Shown here: piece after piece, positions 12,541 through 24,803 of the stretch
Position numbering within the stretch: position 1 is the stretch's first letter
How the letters are laid out: each line of letters opens with the position of its first letter
Source: Octopus sinensis
Lineage: Eukaryota
Assembly (NCBI RefSeq): GCF_006345805.1
Contig: NC_043006.1
Coordinates: 28,582,001 to 28,646,000 of the forward strand
Length of the DNA stretch: 64,000 nt
Reading direction: 5' to 3'
Position numbers and translations under genes: made by a program
Notes under the pieces: model-generated
The model's database searches: none
What the model was told of the DNA's origin: nothing
Seen by the model: only the letters and a program-made list of their open reading frames with translations

Positions 12541-12730
12541 CGACATGATAGATCGTTAGCCACTACACACATTTTTTCTCTCCTTGTTTTTTTCTATGTC
12601 CCTTTGTGTAGAAGAGCGTAGGCTCGAAATCTAAAAGACTTTTTCTATTCCTGAGCATTATACTAATACATCTGTTTGTTTTGTACACCACCTGTCTTCG
12701 TCTTTCGTTTTTTTTGTAAACTCTCCCTAC
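12541..12730 (+). mobile_element. Short hammerhead-bearing repeat, PLE terminus-like (copy 1, core decayed)
   Basis: Homologous to 34183-34348; core reads GTGTAGA-A-GAGCGTAGGCTC-GAAAT-CTA. Confidence 0.65.
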
Positions 12731-12771
<41 letters not shown>

Positions 12772-12794
12772 ATATGTATGTATGTATATATGTA

Positions 12795-13015
12795 TCATCA
12801 TCATCTTTTAATGTCTGTTGTCCATGCTGGCATGGGTTGGATGATTTGATCAGAGCTGGCAAACTGGAGAGCTGTGCCAGGCCCCAGTCTGATTTGGCAT
12901 GGTTTCTATGGCCAGATGACCTTCCTAACACCAACCACTTTACCGAGAGTGCTGGGTGCTTTTATGTAGCACCTCATGAGTGCTTCCATGAGTGCTTTTT
13001 ACATGCCACCAGCAC
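12795..13015 (-). repeat. RTE 3'-UTR-derived dispersed repeat (ggtgccacgtaaaaagcacc...gatgatgat family)
   Basis: Same sequence forms the 3' tail of the RTE remnant at 27070-27940; other copies ~9215-9380, 16430-16610, 19440-19690, 34370-34545, 36100-36300, 47470-47800, 48080-48185, 60290-60430. Confidence 0.75.
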
Positions 13016-13531
13016 ATGACTACATATTAAAGAAATTAAAAGATTGACAAGGGAACAGGAAATATGTAATCAACTTCATTCATAAGCTTAAAGCTGTTTC
13101 TGCTATAAGATACAGAGCACTCAGAGCTGAGTGCTTGTGCATCACCTAACAGCTTCTGTGAAACTTTAAAAATAAAGAGCAAGTTTATTTGAGAAAACAT
13201 TTAAATACATGGAAAAGATCCACTAATCAAAAGGTAGAAACACATAAGAAATGGAGTATTGATTTTGAAGGATAAAAACTACTCCCAGAAATCAGTAAAT
13301 TTAGACAGAGTATATATAGAATTAAGTAAATCATACAGTTAATTAATTACAGAGTTGGAAGGCAAATACAGGTGGGGTCTATTTTGTTAGTCAAGCAAAC
13401 TGAGGCAATCAGAGATGTGCACCTTGTCCAACAATACAAGAGGCATCATGAAATCAATAGTCTTGTATTTACATTCCATACTAATTACACTGATGTGAAT
13501 AATTAAAAGAACAGAATTGAAAATAACATAC

Positions 13532-13708
13532 TTTGAGAAAGACTGGCATCAATTTGCTGCTTTATCTTTTGTAAGTTGACCTTTTCTAAATCCTTATATT
13601 TCTTCATTTCATCAATGATATCATCTGCTTTGTTAGATAACTTGTTACTGGTGTCTGATGTCTTGTCTGCTTGATTCGATATAGCATCAGCTTTCTTCTT
13701 CAGACCCG
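13532..13708 (-). CDS. LanA: Laminin alpha exon, coiled coil
   Basis: GLKKKADAISNQADKTSDTSNKLSNKADDIIDEMKKYKDLEKVNLQKIKQQIDASLSQ; phase 1 to 1. Confidence 0.9.
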
Positions 13709-14969
13709 CTAAATAGAAAATTTTTTTTAAATAGAGACTTTTTTTTTTAATCACTTAATGAGAGAAAGCAGGGCAAAATTCGTAGCCACTTTTAGAGATA
13801 TTAAAACAAGTGGTAGAAAGGGAAGACATTCTTTGTAGACTTGAAACCTGGACTGAATCCTTGACACTGACAGTACTACATTAATTGCACCCAAGGAATA
13901 AGAGGTGAGGTTTAACTCTTTGAATCTGCAAATACACTTTAGTGGGTGTGATTTCATTTGAATCTGTCCCTGGAAAGAGCAAAAGTAGGTAGCCACAGGA
14001 TTTTGTGCTTATGGCTGATAGTAACAAAGTTACTGGTAATTAACAAGCTGTAAAACAAATCCATGCAGCTGCTCACTTTCACATCCTGCAGGGATATAGT
14101 TAAATAAAATCACACCTAAAATATACTTGTAAGTCCGAAGGGTTAAATGAACAAGGGTTTAAGTTTATCCCCAAATAAAAGAGGAAAATAATCAAAGATG
14201 AGGCCAAAACATTAATTCAATAAATAAAGTAAAATTGTTACATGGTATATATAGCACAAATAACTAATTAATCAGAATGTTTCAATGTAATTTCAGAGAC
14301 TTTGATATATTCAAGCATGGCATTCATACACTATCTCCACTTTCTTTGATAAAGTGTAATTCTTAGAAAAGGTGGGATGAACCAATGAGTTCCCTCAATC
14401 AATTCTTATAATTCAATGGACACACAACTAAGCTAAAGAGTAATTTGATGAACAATGACAGCAGACATGACTGTGTAATTAAGAAGTTTGCTTCCTGACC
14501 ATGTGGTCCTAGGTTCAGTCTCACCGCACAGTATATTTTATATCTTCTTTCATATTTGTTCTCCTACTAACATGATAGCATGAAATTATAACATAATCAC
14601 CAATGTTTTAGTCATGATTAGCATAAGCAAAACCAGTTGGCTATGTAAATATTTTATTTTATAAATACATATTTTTTCCAACATAAAATTTCTGGGCTTT
14701 ATATATATATATATATAAAGTTATTTTATTTCAGTCTGTATTTAAGTCTGCAGAAACCTTGCAGGGTCTAGGATTAAGGTAAAAGTTTTTATTTTCCTAT
14801 CACTTTCGGAATTACAACAATTGGTGGCTTGGAGTTTTTAACTGCTCTTTCTAGTGAGTCAGATATCCTATTCTTCGGGTATCTTTTTTGTGTTTGAACG
14901 TACACTGTATTCTTCTTTGAATAATATATAGTCTATTGACTAATTTTTTCCTTCTCGCTAGACCACTAC

Positions 14970-15706
14970 TTACAGCAATGCTTGGGAGGAAGGTGTGCAG
15001 CATGTGGTTGTCGCATTGACCATGATAGAAAGCTGAGCAGAGAATCTGCATCAAATTTTGCAAAAAGCTTGGCAAAACCTGCTCAGAGGCCTATGCAAAG
15101 TTTTCATCATTCTCGACACAACCAAGGAGATCTTGTGCAACTGAAACTCAAGTGTCATTTTGGTCAACTGAAAGCAGTTTTGGCTCAAACTTGGCAGATA
15201 TGCTTCTCATACCCAAATCTTCAGTGATAATGGACTTAACTGAACCATAACTAATTAGCACATCTTCTAATAACTCATGGATGGTGATTCGATGATTTCC
15301 CCACACAGCTGCACACACAACTGCGAGGTTTTTCTCAGTTCGGTTGGTTACAGGTCTCCCAGAACGTTCGTGAATATCGACATTTTTCAGCCATCTTGGA
15401 AATGCCTGTACCACTCGTACACTTGTGTGCGGCTCATACACACCTCTCCATATACTTTCTGCAACTTTGTGTCAGCCTCTGAGCAGGTATCACCATGACA
15501 ACTTTGTTATAGCCAATGCGACAATCACAAGCTACACATCTTCCTTCCAAGCACTCCTGTAAACAGCAGAAGAGAGCTGGAATGTTAAAACTCAGTGCAC
15601 ATGCACCGCAGAGTTCAAGGTCAATCTGTGCCAAGCGGCTTCACTATTCATGCTTTAGCTTCCTTACTATGGCAACAGTCTGGATACTTATTGACCAGAC
15701 CTCATA
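14970..15706 (-). mobile_element. Mariner 5' half (HTH region) with TIR, plus an inverted duplicate of its 5' segment
   Basis: TIR tatgaggtctggtcaataagtatccagactg at 15676-15706(-); ERSGRPVTNRTEKN...ISYGSVKSIITEDLGMRSISAKFEPKLL; EQRICIKF on + at ~15035. Confidence 0.8.
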
Positions 15707-15780
15707 CACACAAACACACATATGTATACAGTTATAGTAGAATACAATTTTAATTTCATAGAGAATTAATTTTAACTCAC

Positions 15781-15882
15781 ATGGTTTGATCTTGATTGAA
15801 GCAAGTTTATCTTTAATATCTTCATTTCCCTTTTCAACTTGGTCAACTTTTCTTTTGACATCATCAAGAGCATTTTCCCAAC
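15781..15882 (-). CDS. LanA: Laminin alpha exon, coiled coil
   Basis: WENALDDVKRKVDQVEKGNEDIKDKLASIKIKP; phase 1 to 1. Confidence 0.88.
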
Positions 15883-17039
15883 CTGAAATATATGAAACAA
15901 ATACGCGATTAAATCAAAGTAAATTTTTTGTTTTTGCAGATGATTGTTGCTGAAAAGTTCCTGGCTTTAAGTAAAAGAAAATACAAGTAGATCAGTTACT
16001 AATGATTTTATTCAACCTATTCCCCCATTAGATTCACATACTTATTGCAATGGTTCTTCAGATGTTCTAAGTCCTGTAACAGAACTCAGAAGGTTGGGCT
16101 TTCGACCAGGCTTTTTGCGATACCCTTAAAGCCAAGAACATTTCAGCACCCCTTGTAGAAGTAATAGCCATCATTTTAAGTGAGGGTATCATGATTTCAA
16201 GCCATTTATGACAATATTTCAAGAAGGTCACAAAGAAATGAAATATTTCTCCTAACAGTCCTGTCAAAATATGAGAAGCCATGTAGTTCTTCTAATGCAG
16301 GAAACTTACTCGGTTTGGGCCCCTTCTTTCATACTTTAACCTTTCATCTAGCATAAAATCACCTTCCTCAACTGTCTGTAGCCCTGATTCATTCAAAAAA
16401 GCAGTGTGACTTGCCTGGTGTCAGAGCCTTGACAAAAGCACCCAATACATGCTGTTAAGCAATCCTGCTATAGAAACCATGCCAATGTGGACATTGAAGC
16501 ACAATGCAGTCCTAAAATTCATTGGATCCTTCTAAAACATCCTATCTTAGCCAACATAGAAACTGGACGTTAAACAATGACGATGAAGATGATGATGATG
16601 ATGATTACAATGGTGATAGTGGCAGTGGTGGTGGTGATATGAAAAAGAGTAGGAATGATTTGTTGAACAAACCGAAGGAGTGAGATAATAAAACATTGAA
16701 GCTAGCTAATGACTGTGAAAGATAAAGATATAGGAAGTTGTGTCACTAGTTGTGTACATATTGCCCCACTAGATTAAAGATAGAGATGTCTGGTTCTACA
16801 CATACTGTTCAATTAATTAAGATAACCAAGAAATTTGTAGAATTTAATAAAGTGATGAACTTTCCCATTTATTAGATTAAATTGGTGTTTGGAATATAGC
16901 AAACAGTCCCTGCATGAAATTGTGGTAGAATGAAATGTGGTAAATGCGATCACTTTAAACAAAAGTTTTGTTTTTAATCTTGGAACCAGGAACTATCTAA
17001 GAATGGTGCCAGAAAGGTTAATACAAGGTATGATAGTAA

Positions 17040-18262
17040 AATTGGTTCGTGAAATGAAAATAACACTGACATCTCATTTTAACAGATATATTTACCAAAA
17101 TTACATAAAAATATCTTAAAATACTAAAGAGTAAATTTATTCAATAAAATTGCTATTGGCTTCAACCACGATCTCTAGACAACTTTGGAATCTCCTGCAA
17201 AACTTTTGGACAGTTGGTGAATGCTGCTATAATCCTTGCCTTGAATTCATCTTTGGTGTTACAAGGAGTTTTGGTCTTTTGCTCAACTGCGCTCCACGCA
17301 TAATAATCAAGGAGGTTGCAGTCTGAGGAGTTAGGTGGTCAGATGTTAGAGGTGATGTGTTTGCAGAATTTGTCTGACAGCTGTGACTGGGTTCTCCTGC
17401 TTGTGTGACATGCTGCAGAGTCCTGTTTCCAGACATAAGGTCTTCCAACAGCCACCCTCTTGATCCAATGCAATACTACCTCCTCCAGGCACTTGATGCA
17501 GGCCTCCATGTTGAGTCTCAGGTCATGTGGGAAGATGAATGGAGGCATAACGTTGCCATCACTAGTGATCACTCCAAATACCATGATATTGACTGGATGT
17601 TTGATTTTTATCACTCTTGGGACATGGCAAGCCAGTGGTTGTTCTGTGTGTTCACCATCTGATCTTGGCAGAAATTTTTTTTGTCTGAGAAAAACCAAAG
17701 CATGTTCTGTTGGAGGGGATGCTTGAGTTTGTTCAAAAGCTTCATAGTACAGTCTTTCTTTTAGTCCTTGATGGCTTGGGATAAAAATTAGCCCTTTCTC
17801 ATCTTCTAAGAGGAATACTGAATGTCTTCATGCACTCCCATGTCCCTGACAATGGACCTGACTGACTTGGAGAGATCGTTGTCAATCATGGCCTGGATCT
17901 CACCAACAAATTCAGGAATTCTTTCCTTATCATAATGATCAGAGTGTTTTCCAAACTGCTGTACCTTCATAATCCCCATTAGACTTGTCTAACTCTTTCT
18001 GAATCCTCTGTACTGTCCTCAGATTGACACCTAAACACTGAAATGCTTGTATTGGAGCTTCCGGCGCGAATATCAAGCAGTACCAGAACGTTGTTTCTAA
18101 ATTTCTGGCAGAATGAATTCATCATGATGCTGTCTTTTCTCACAGATGGTGCCCAAGTGACCCTACTATACTGTATAGCTAACAAAACCAAAACCAACGA
18201 ATGTGCATGCACAATATTAAAAATATGAAATGGTGACAATTTACCCATCACATCCCGTATAT
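17040..18262 (-). mobile_element. maT / DD37D Tc1-mariner fossil, near full length
   Basis: MVFGVITSDG...WKQDSAACHTSRRTQSQLSDKFCKHITSNI*PPNSSDCNLLDYY gives a 37-residue D-D spacing. Confidence 0.85.
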
Positions 18263-18264
18263 AT

Positions 18265-18302
<38 letters not shown>

Positions 18303-18699
18303 TAATGTCTGTTTTTATATCAAGTTATATAAAAAAAAATAATTTAACATGAAACTCAATACCTCTTTAATCATTGTCCCCCCCCATCATACTTTCACTT
18401 CATTGTCCCCAATTCAATTGCCCTCCCTTCTGCCCACTCTGTCAACAAATGGAGATAATACAAAATAGTTAGGATTCCTTTGTCCTGTGAGGTACAAAAC
18501 AACTTGAATACTGTTGATACCATAATACAACATAACCAGTGTGCTCTGTAAAGTGGTTGGAGTTAAGAAAGTCATTTCAACCATATGAAACAAATGGATC
18601 ATGTGAAATATAATTCCATGGCTCTTCTAGGAGAGTAATAACTTCAAATTAGGACTGTGACAACCTGTCCAACCCATGCCTGCACAGAAAACAACTGAT

Positions 18700-18870
18700 A
18701 ATGATGATAATGATGGTAGTGGTGGTGGCAATGGTGTTGTAGTTGGCAGTGGTGTTGGGGTTGGTTGTAGCAATGTTGATGGTGATGATGACAATGATGG
18801 TGGGGGTGATGGTGGTGATGATGATGGTAATGATGACTATGATGAAAATGGTAGTGGCGATGCTGATGAT
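18700..18870. repeat. (GAT/GGT)n low-complexity trinucleotide tract
   Basis: Direct inspection. Confidence 0.9.
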
Positions 18871-19423
18871 GAGTTTCTCTTCTTCCTGTTATAGTTGATC
18901 AATACTGTATCTCTAATTAAATATAACCAATTACCAATTCTCTATCTTCTCTTGCATTAAAAAATAATTACTTAAACACAAAACTATATTTTTCAAGACA
19001 AATTTCTTATTTTCAGAGCTAAAAATTTTAACTAGTCTCATTCTTTACTGTTCACCAAAGGAAAAACAAAAACTATTCCATTCAAATAAAACCAGCTGCT
19101 TTTGCTGCATACCAGTCTATGAGTTCTGCCAATTACTATGAAGAGACAGGCATGGCTAGGTGCAAGGTGTGGCTACGAAGCTTGCTTTTCAACTATGTTG
19201 TCTTGGGTTCAATCCCACTGCATGGTACCTTGGGCAGGTGTCTTAAGAAGCTTGGTTTTCAACTATGTCATCTTGGGTTCAGTCCCACTTCATGGCACCT
19301 TGGGCAGGTGTCTTCAATTATAGCCCTGGACTGGACAACTAAATCTTTGTTGATTGAACTTGGTAGATGGAAACTGAAAAGAATGATGTGTGTGTTTATG
19401 TGTACCATTGTCTTGATATCACA

Positions 19424-19461
<38 letters not shown>

Positions 19462-19975
19462 ACAATGAATGTCCATTTTCCATGCTGGCATGAGTTGGAC
19501 AGCTTGACAGGAAGTGGCAAGGCCAGAGGCTACACAAGTTTCCATAGTCTGTTTTGACACCCCTCCTAATGCCAATCGCTCAACAGAGTGTACTGGGTGC
19601 TTTTTACATGGCACCATCACAAGTGCTTTTTACATGGCACCAGTACCCACACCAATGCTCTTCATGTAGCACCAGCACCCAAACCAATGCATTTTATGTG
19701 GAGCTTTGGTTTTAGGATCCCAATTCTGTTGTGGTGGAAGCATCACCATCATACAAGTGATGTTATTCTTTCCCAGTCTTCTGTGTAATCACAACTTACT
19801 ATCTTTAATAAAAAGAACACATTTAATAAAGTAGTCCAAGATTCAATTTGTCTGAAAGGGAAAAATATGAGATGGTCATGGTTGGGATGTCTTTCATCAG
19901 AATTTTGTTTGGTCAACACCAAACAACAATATATCTTCAGGAATTGCAATTGTTGTAAACCAAAACACATCTTAC

Positions 19976-20066
19976 TTTTCAGAGATTTGTCGACATTCTT
20001 GGCTTGTTTCAAATTCTTTTCGCTCACATCTTTGGATTTCTCTGCTGCCTTACTTACTCCTTTTAG
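19976..20066 (-). CDS. LanA: Laminin alpha exon, coiled coil
   Basis: LKGVSKAAEKSKDVSEKNLKQAKNVDKSLK; phase 0 to 1. Confidence 0.88.
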
Positions 20067-20070
20067 CTAC

Positions 20071-20231
20071 ACAAAATAAACATTAGCAAACAAAATAAAC
20101 ATTAGTGAACAAAATAAACATTAGCGAACAAAATAAACATTAGTGAACAAAATAAACATTAGCAAACAAAATAAACATTAGTGAACAAAATAAACATTAG
20201 TAAACAAAATAAACATTAGTGAACAAAATAA
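20071..20231. repeat. 19-bp tandem repeat, ~8.5 copies (ACAAAATAAACATTAGYRA)
   Basis: Units start at 20071, 20090, 20109 ... 20223; abuts the acceptor of exon 19976-20066. Confidence 0.95.
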
Positions 20232-20554
20232 TTCATTATCACAACCATTTATTCAAACTTGGAGCCAAATATTTAGAGTTCCATTTTAGAAAGATTGTTA
20301 AGAGTTTAACTTGTTTTATGCTTGAGAGAGAAATAGGAAGCAAAAGTAAATGGTAGAAGAGATGAATAGTTAGAAAGATAGACAGATAGGTATAATAGAT
20401 AGATAAATAGATAGGCAGACTGTCAGGTCAGTAGTAGTTAAGAAGATGGATGGATAGATTGATAAATAGATAGTTATATAGACAAAGGATAATTATAAAA
20501 ACAAAGAAAAACGGAGTGCTATTTGGGAAGTAAGATTGTGTGTGTGTGTGTATG

Positions 20555-20605
<51 letters not shown>

Positions 20606-20776
20606 CCTCTCTGTTAGGAGGCACAAGCACTTACACATTCAGAGGTAACTTCTGCCTACCAAATTCAATTACAAAGCTTTGGTCAGTCTAAGGCTATAGC
20701 AGAAGACACTTGCCCTAGGTGCCACGCAGTGGGACTGAACCCAAAACCATGTCACAGGGAAGCAAGCTTCCTAACC

Positions 20777-20814
<38 letters not shown>

Positions 20815-20933
20815 AAATAGTAAAAAATGAAAAAACTACAGAAGGCTTGTTTTAAAAGGTTAAAAAATAAATATTTGAGTCATTATGTCAGAAGAATGTT
20901 ATAAATTTTTTTCATACAATGACATAGTTTTTG

Positions 20934-20973
20934 AAGAAATGACCGGTTTCGCGTTCAGCTTTTCAAATTTCTT
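20934..20973 (-). ncRNA. Candidate minimal type-I hammerhead ribozyme with U3:A8 core
   Basis: AAGAAAT-TTGAAAA-GC TGAAC GC-GAAAC-CG-GTC-ATTTCTT; 7-bp stem I, palindromic stem III, GUC triplet; lies 3' of a PLE endonuclease on the same strand. Confidence 0.7.
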
Positions 20974-21089
20974 ACATCGTTATGTTTTCGTTGAGAAGTG
21001 TGAAAGAGAGTTCCAGATAAGGGAAGGTAATAAGTGATTTCTTCCGGTGTAAGGGAGATAATCGCTTAATATCTCTTGCCTTTTTTGGG

Positions 21090-21323
21090 GGGTGAGTTTC
21101 TCTGTATAAAAATGTTGGAATGGTTAAGTTTGGGCTTGTATTTTTCAATGAAGAATGTTTCCTTGTTTAGTCTAATTTGTGTTGGTGTTCCGATAGCACA
21201 TTGGTAAAATGGAAAGATTAAAAATTGTGGTAGTAGTTGCTTTGCGCATTTCTCAATGTGCTCACTAAAGGGTATCATTCTGTATTCTGGGAATGCAATC
21301 TGTTGTCGATGCAGTGTGCATCT
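21090..21323 (-). mobile_element. Penelope-like GIY-YIG endonuclease C-terminal fragment
   Basis: RCTLHRQQIAFPEYRMIPFSEHIEKC...FLIFPFYQ...IRLNKETFFIEKYKPKLN. Confidence 0.8.
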
Positions 21324-21414
21324 ACCTTTTAAAACAAGCCTTCTGTAGTTTTTTCACTTTTTACTATTTTCTATATATTCAACCACGTGCTTTCACACAC
21401 CAACTTTTTCACCT

Positions 21415-21445
<31 letters not shown>

Positions 21446-23629
21446 CCCAAAGTACCAGATGTTCCACAGATGCCATATATGTAAACAGAATTTTTTTTAT
21501 TAAAGTAATTTAAATTGTAACAATTTTTTTTAATGTTGTGCTGTTTATATGTTATGAAATAATATTTATATGTATTTTTATTGTAAAGCTAATAGTTGAA
21601 TATTTTCAGGTTTCTATGATGTGTAAAGCTTTTGAGACTGTGTTTATTAATATTAATTTTTTTGACATATTGAAATAATATTTTTATGCTTACTTTATAA
21701 ATTTTTTTTGTTGCATTTACCGAACACATGTTTTGTTTGGTTTTCTTTATTGGAAGTACCATTTACAAATAACTTATTCTATGTTAATTAAGACAAAAGT
21801 GGAAGTGCATAACTTAGTGGTTAGGGTATTGCACTCATGATCATTAGATTGTGGCTTTGATTCGTAGACTAGGCAATGTGTAGTGTTCTTGGGGAAAACA
21901 ATGCATTTCACATTGCCACAGTCAACTCAGCTGGCAAAAATGAAATATCCTGCAACATATCAGCATTCCATCACTGGCACAGGTGGAATATATATTCCAC
22001 AGTATTTGGGAAACTGGCCTCATGAGTTTATGTTTTGGGAAGGACCTTTGGTCCCTTTTTTTTATTTAATCAAGAAAAAAAAAACTAAATGTAACAAATG
22101 GCACTTTGTAATGTACTGAACTGAACTGATCAAAGACCAGGGAACCATAGATGTAAGATCTAGAAGAACAATTCTTCGGTAGATCTGGTTCTAAATAAAA
22201 CATAATGGTGAAATTAAGTATACTGAATGGTGCTTGGAATGAAATTGTAATTGAAAAGAAAAGAAAGATATTATAGTGACGTCATTCTTCTGTGTGCGTG
22301 TGCGGGACTGGAGCCTTCTGGAAAGGCCTAAGGAAGATCCCTCATGCACAAGCGCTAAAAACTGGGTAAAAAATTCTATCGCGTTCCTTGTTAGCGTCGG
22401 TGACTTGAGACACGGCTATTAAAGAGAGAAGACGTGTTTAACGTGTTATCAGCCTATGCTCCTATCCCAGACACTTGGGATTTGACTGGCTCTGTTGCTG
22501 CTGGAGTTTTTGTGAGGTTTATCTTTACAAATGTTTAACTTCAGTCTTGCTGTACCTACACCAAGTGGTTACCAATTCTTTATGTAAATAACGAAATAAA
22601 GTGTCATATTTTCTAAGGTTGCTTTCTTGTTCCTGACGCCAGTAGTTTTTGGAAACAAAGAAGGGAATTGTGTTGCACCCAAACAGTGCAAAAGACACAA
22701 CCTGTTCCAGACAGTTCCTTTACAATATAATTCTGAAAACATACAGTTATGTCAATTATTTTCCTTTGCAATACAGAATGTTTCAACCAGAAAAGTACTC
22801 AGGTCAGACTTCATTGACAAATAGATATGTGACAAAGGAGTTTCATAGATCTGGTTCTATGGAAATTGCACTGAAGATCACAGGGAAAGGAAATAGACTA
22901 TGGTTATAAAATTTGTACATGATTAAAACTGTCCCACTAACTTTCAAGTATGGTAGATGTCATATTATTGATGGTATAATAGGATGAGAGATATTGCCTT
23001 TATGGAATTAACAAACACTTTTCATGCTGTAGATCTCCAACAGCATGAAGAATTTGTTGAAGATTGGGGGAGTAGCAAAGGTTTGGTGATTTCTTATTAG
23101 TTCTGACTGGACATGTTTTGTAACAATGGCACAGATCACTTATTAGTTTTGATTACCCAAATACAGCACTGGTCACTTCTCTGAATCACAAAGACCAAGC
23201 TGCTGAGTTTTATCATTTTGGAGGAGTTTTGTGTAAAAAATATACATTCTACTTGCATTAATGATGTCCTAATACGGTATGGTATTAGATGTAATAAAGC
23301 TACTGATCAATGGCTATTGTTGAAAACACACCTGTGGTGGTGCTAGGAGGAAACAGAGAGGGAAGCAGAGATAATTACATGTCGGTAAATGATCTTAACA
23401 AGTTCTAAGTTACTAGAATGACTAAGCAAACACTGAACACACTGACCACAATAACCAGTGGTGTGTGCTGAAATGAGATCCTCAATCAAGAAAAATTACT
23501 AATTAGAGGTGGATATCCAGTCCCAGGGATTTTCTTTTGTCTCTCTTATATTTCTACTGCTATGAAAATTGGAGATAATCGTTGATTTTACAGATTCTTG
23601 TGACTTTCAGAGTTTGGACAATGTCTTAC

Positions 23630-23768
23630 CTCTTTCTGTGCTATAGTGCTTTTATTGAGGGCATTCTTGGCTGCTTTCTGTGCCTCATTAATGGAATCAA
23701 CTATTTTCTTATATGCTGTGGCAGCAACAAGAGATGGATCAGACTGGTTTTTAAATGTGAAGTATTGT
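23630..23768 (-). CDS. LanA: Laminin alpha exon, coiled coil
   Basis: QYFTFKNQSDPSLVAATAYKKIVDSINEAQKAAKNALNKSTIAQKE (conserved AATAY.xIV motif); phase 2 to 0. Confidence 0.93.
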
Positions 23769-24367
23769 CTGTAAATGGAGGAGAAACACATTTTAGACTG
23801 ATGGCTGACATTTGATAATGAGATCAGGAGCTGAGAGGGGGGGGGGGAGAAAGGTAGAGAAAGAGAAGGAGAGAGAGATGAATGAAGAGTGTAGATGACA
23901 GAGGGAAGGAAATAAATAAAGAGTATGAATGAAAGAGAGAAAGGGAAAAGAGAGGTAATAAATTAAGAGTACTAATGAGAAAGAAAGGGACAGAAAGATA
24001 AGAAAGAGTGCAGAGAGAGAGAGAGGGGAGTAAGGGAGGGAGAGAGAAGCATGGATGAGAGAAAGAGTGAGATAAAAGCAGTAAATGGCTACAAAGTGAC
24101 ATTTTTAACAACACTATATCTGCACTTATATTAAATGACATGTACTTCAAAGAATATATGAACAATATACGTTTTCAAAATAATATATACAACTAAACAA
24201 TGTACATTGGCAGTTTTGCAATAGGACCCCAGTACCTGCCTAATATTGTAAAATGGTCGATGTTATGAAGGGCTGCCAGCCATACATAGAAACAGGTTAA
24301 AAATGAGACATTGGAGGAAGTCATGATCCTCCAGCCTGTTGAATTGTCATACCCAAGATGGCATATA

Positions 24368-24566
24368 CAAAGGCGAGCTGAAAAGTTCCTGGATTTGGGT
24401 AAAAGAAAATTCAGGAGGATTAATTATGATTTTATTCAACAAATTGCCTACTCGGATTCACACACTTATTACAGTGGTCCTTCAGTTTTTCTAAGGACTC
24501 AGATGGTTGGTCCAACCAGGCCTTTTGTGATACCCTTAAAGCCAAGAACTTTTCAGCATGCCCTTG
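24368..24566. mobile_element. Mariner-derived MITE
   Basis: TIRs ...gctgaaaagttcctgg / ccaagaacttttcagc..., TA on both sides; relatives at ~2335-2825, 8580-8650, 15948-16157. Confidence 0.8.
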
Positions 24567-24571
24567 TATAT

Positions 24572-24616
<45 letters not shown>

Positions 24617-24642
24617 GTCTAATTAATAATAATAATACTTAC

Positions 24643-24803
24643 TTCTGTATAAGGTCAAAGGCATCGACAAGAGAGTCTGAATGGTTAAGAGCTTTCTCAA
24701 CCAAATCTTTCACTGGCTTAATTTTGTTGTCATATTTATTTGCCACATCAAAACGTAGTCGATCTATGGCCGCATCAAGCCTGGAAAGCAGTTTTGGCAG
24801 CAT
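24643..24803 (-). CDS. LanA: Laminin alpha exon, coiled coil
   Basis: MLPKLLSRLDAAIDRLRFDVANKYDNKIKPVKDLVEKALNHSDSLVDAFDLIQK; phase 0 to 2. Confidence 0.88.

Noticed and set aside
20071-20231. Possible CRISPR-like array
   Set aside because: Units are contiguous with no unique spacers, there are no cas genes and the context is eukaryotic. It is a minisatellite.
22990-23300. DIAFMELTNTFHAVD, resembling the LINE RT motif DLxKAFD
   Set aside because: Too decayed to support a feature call.
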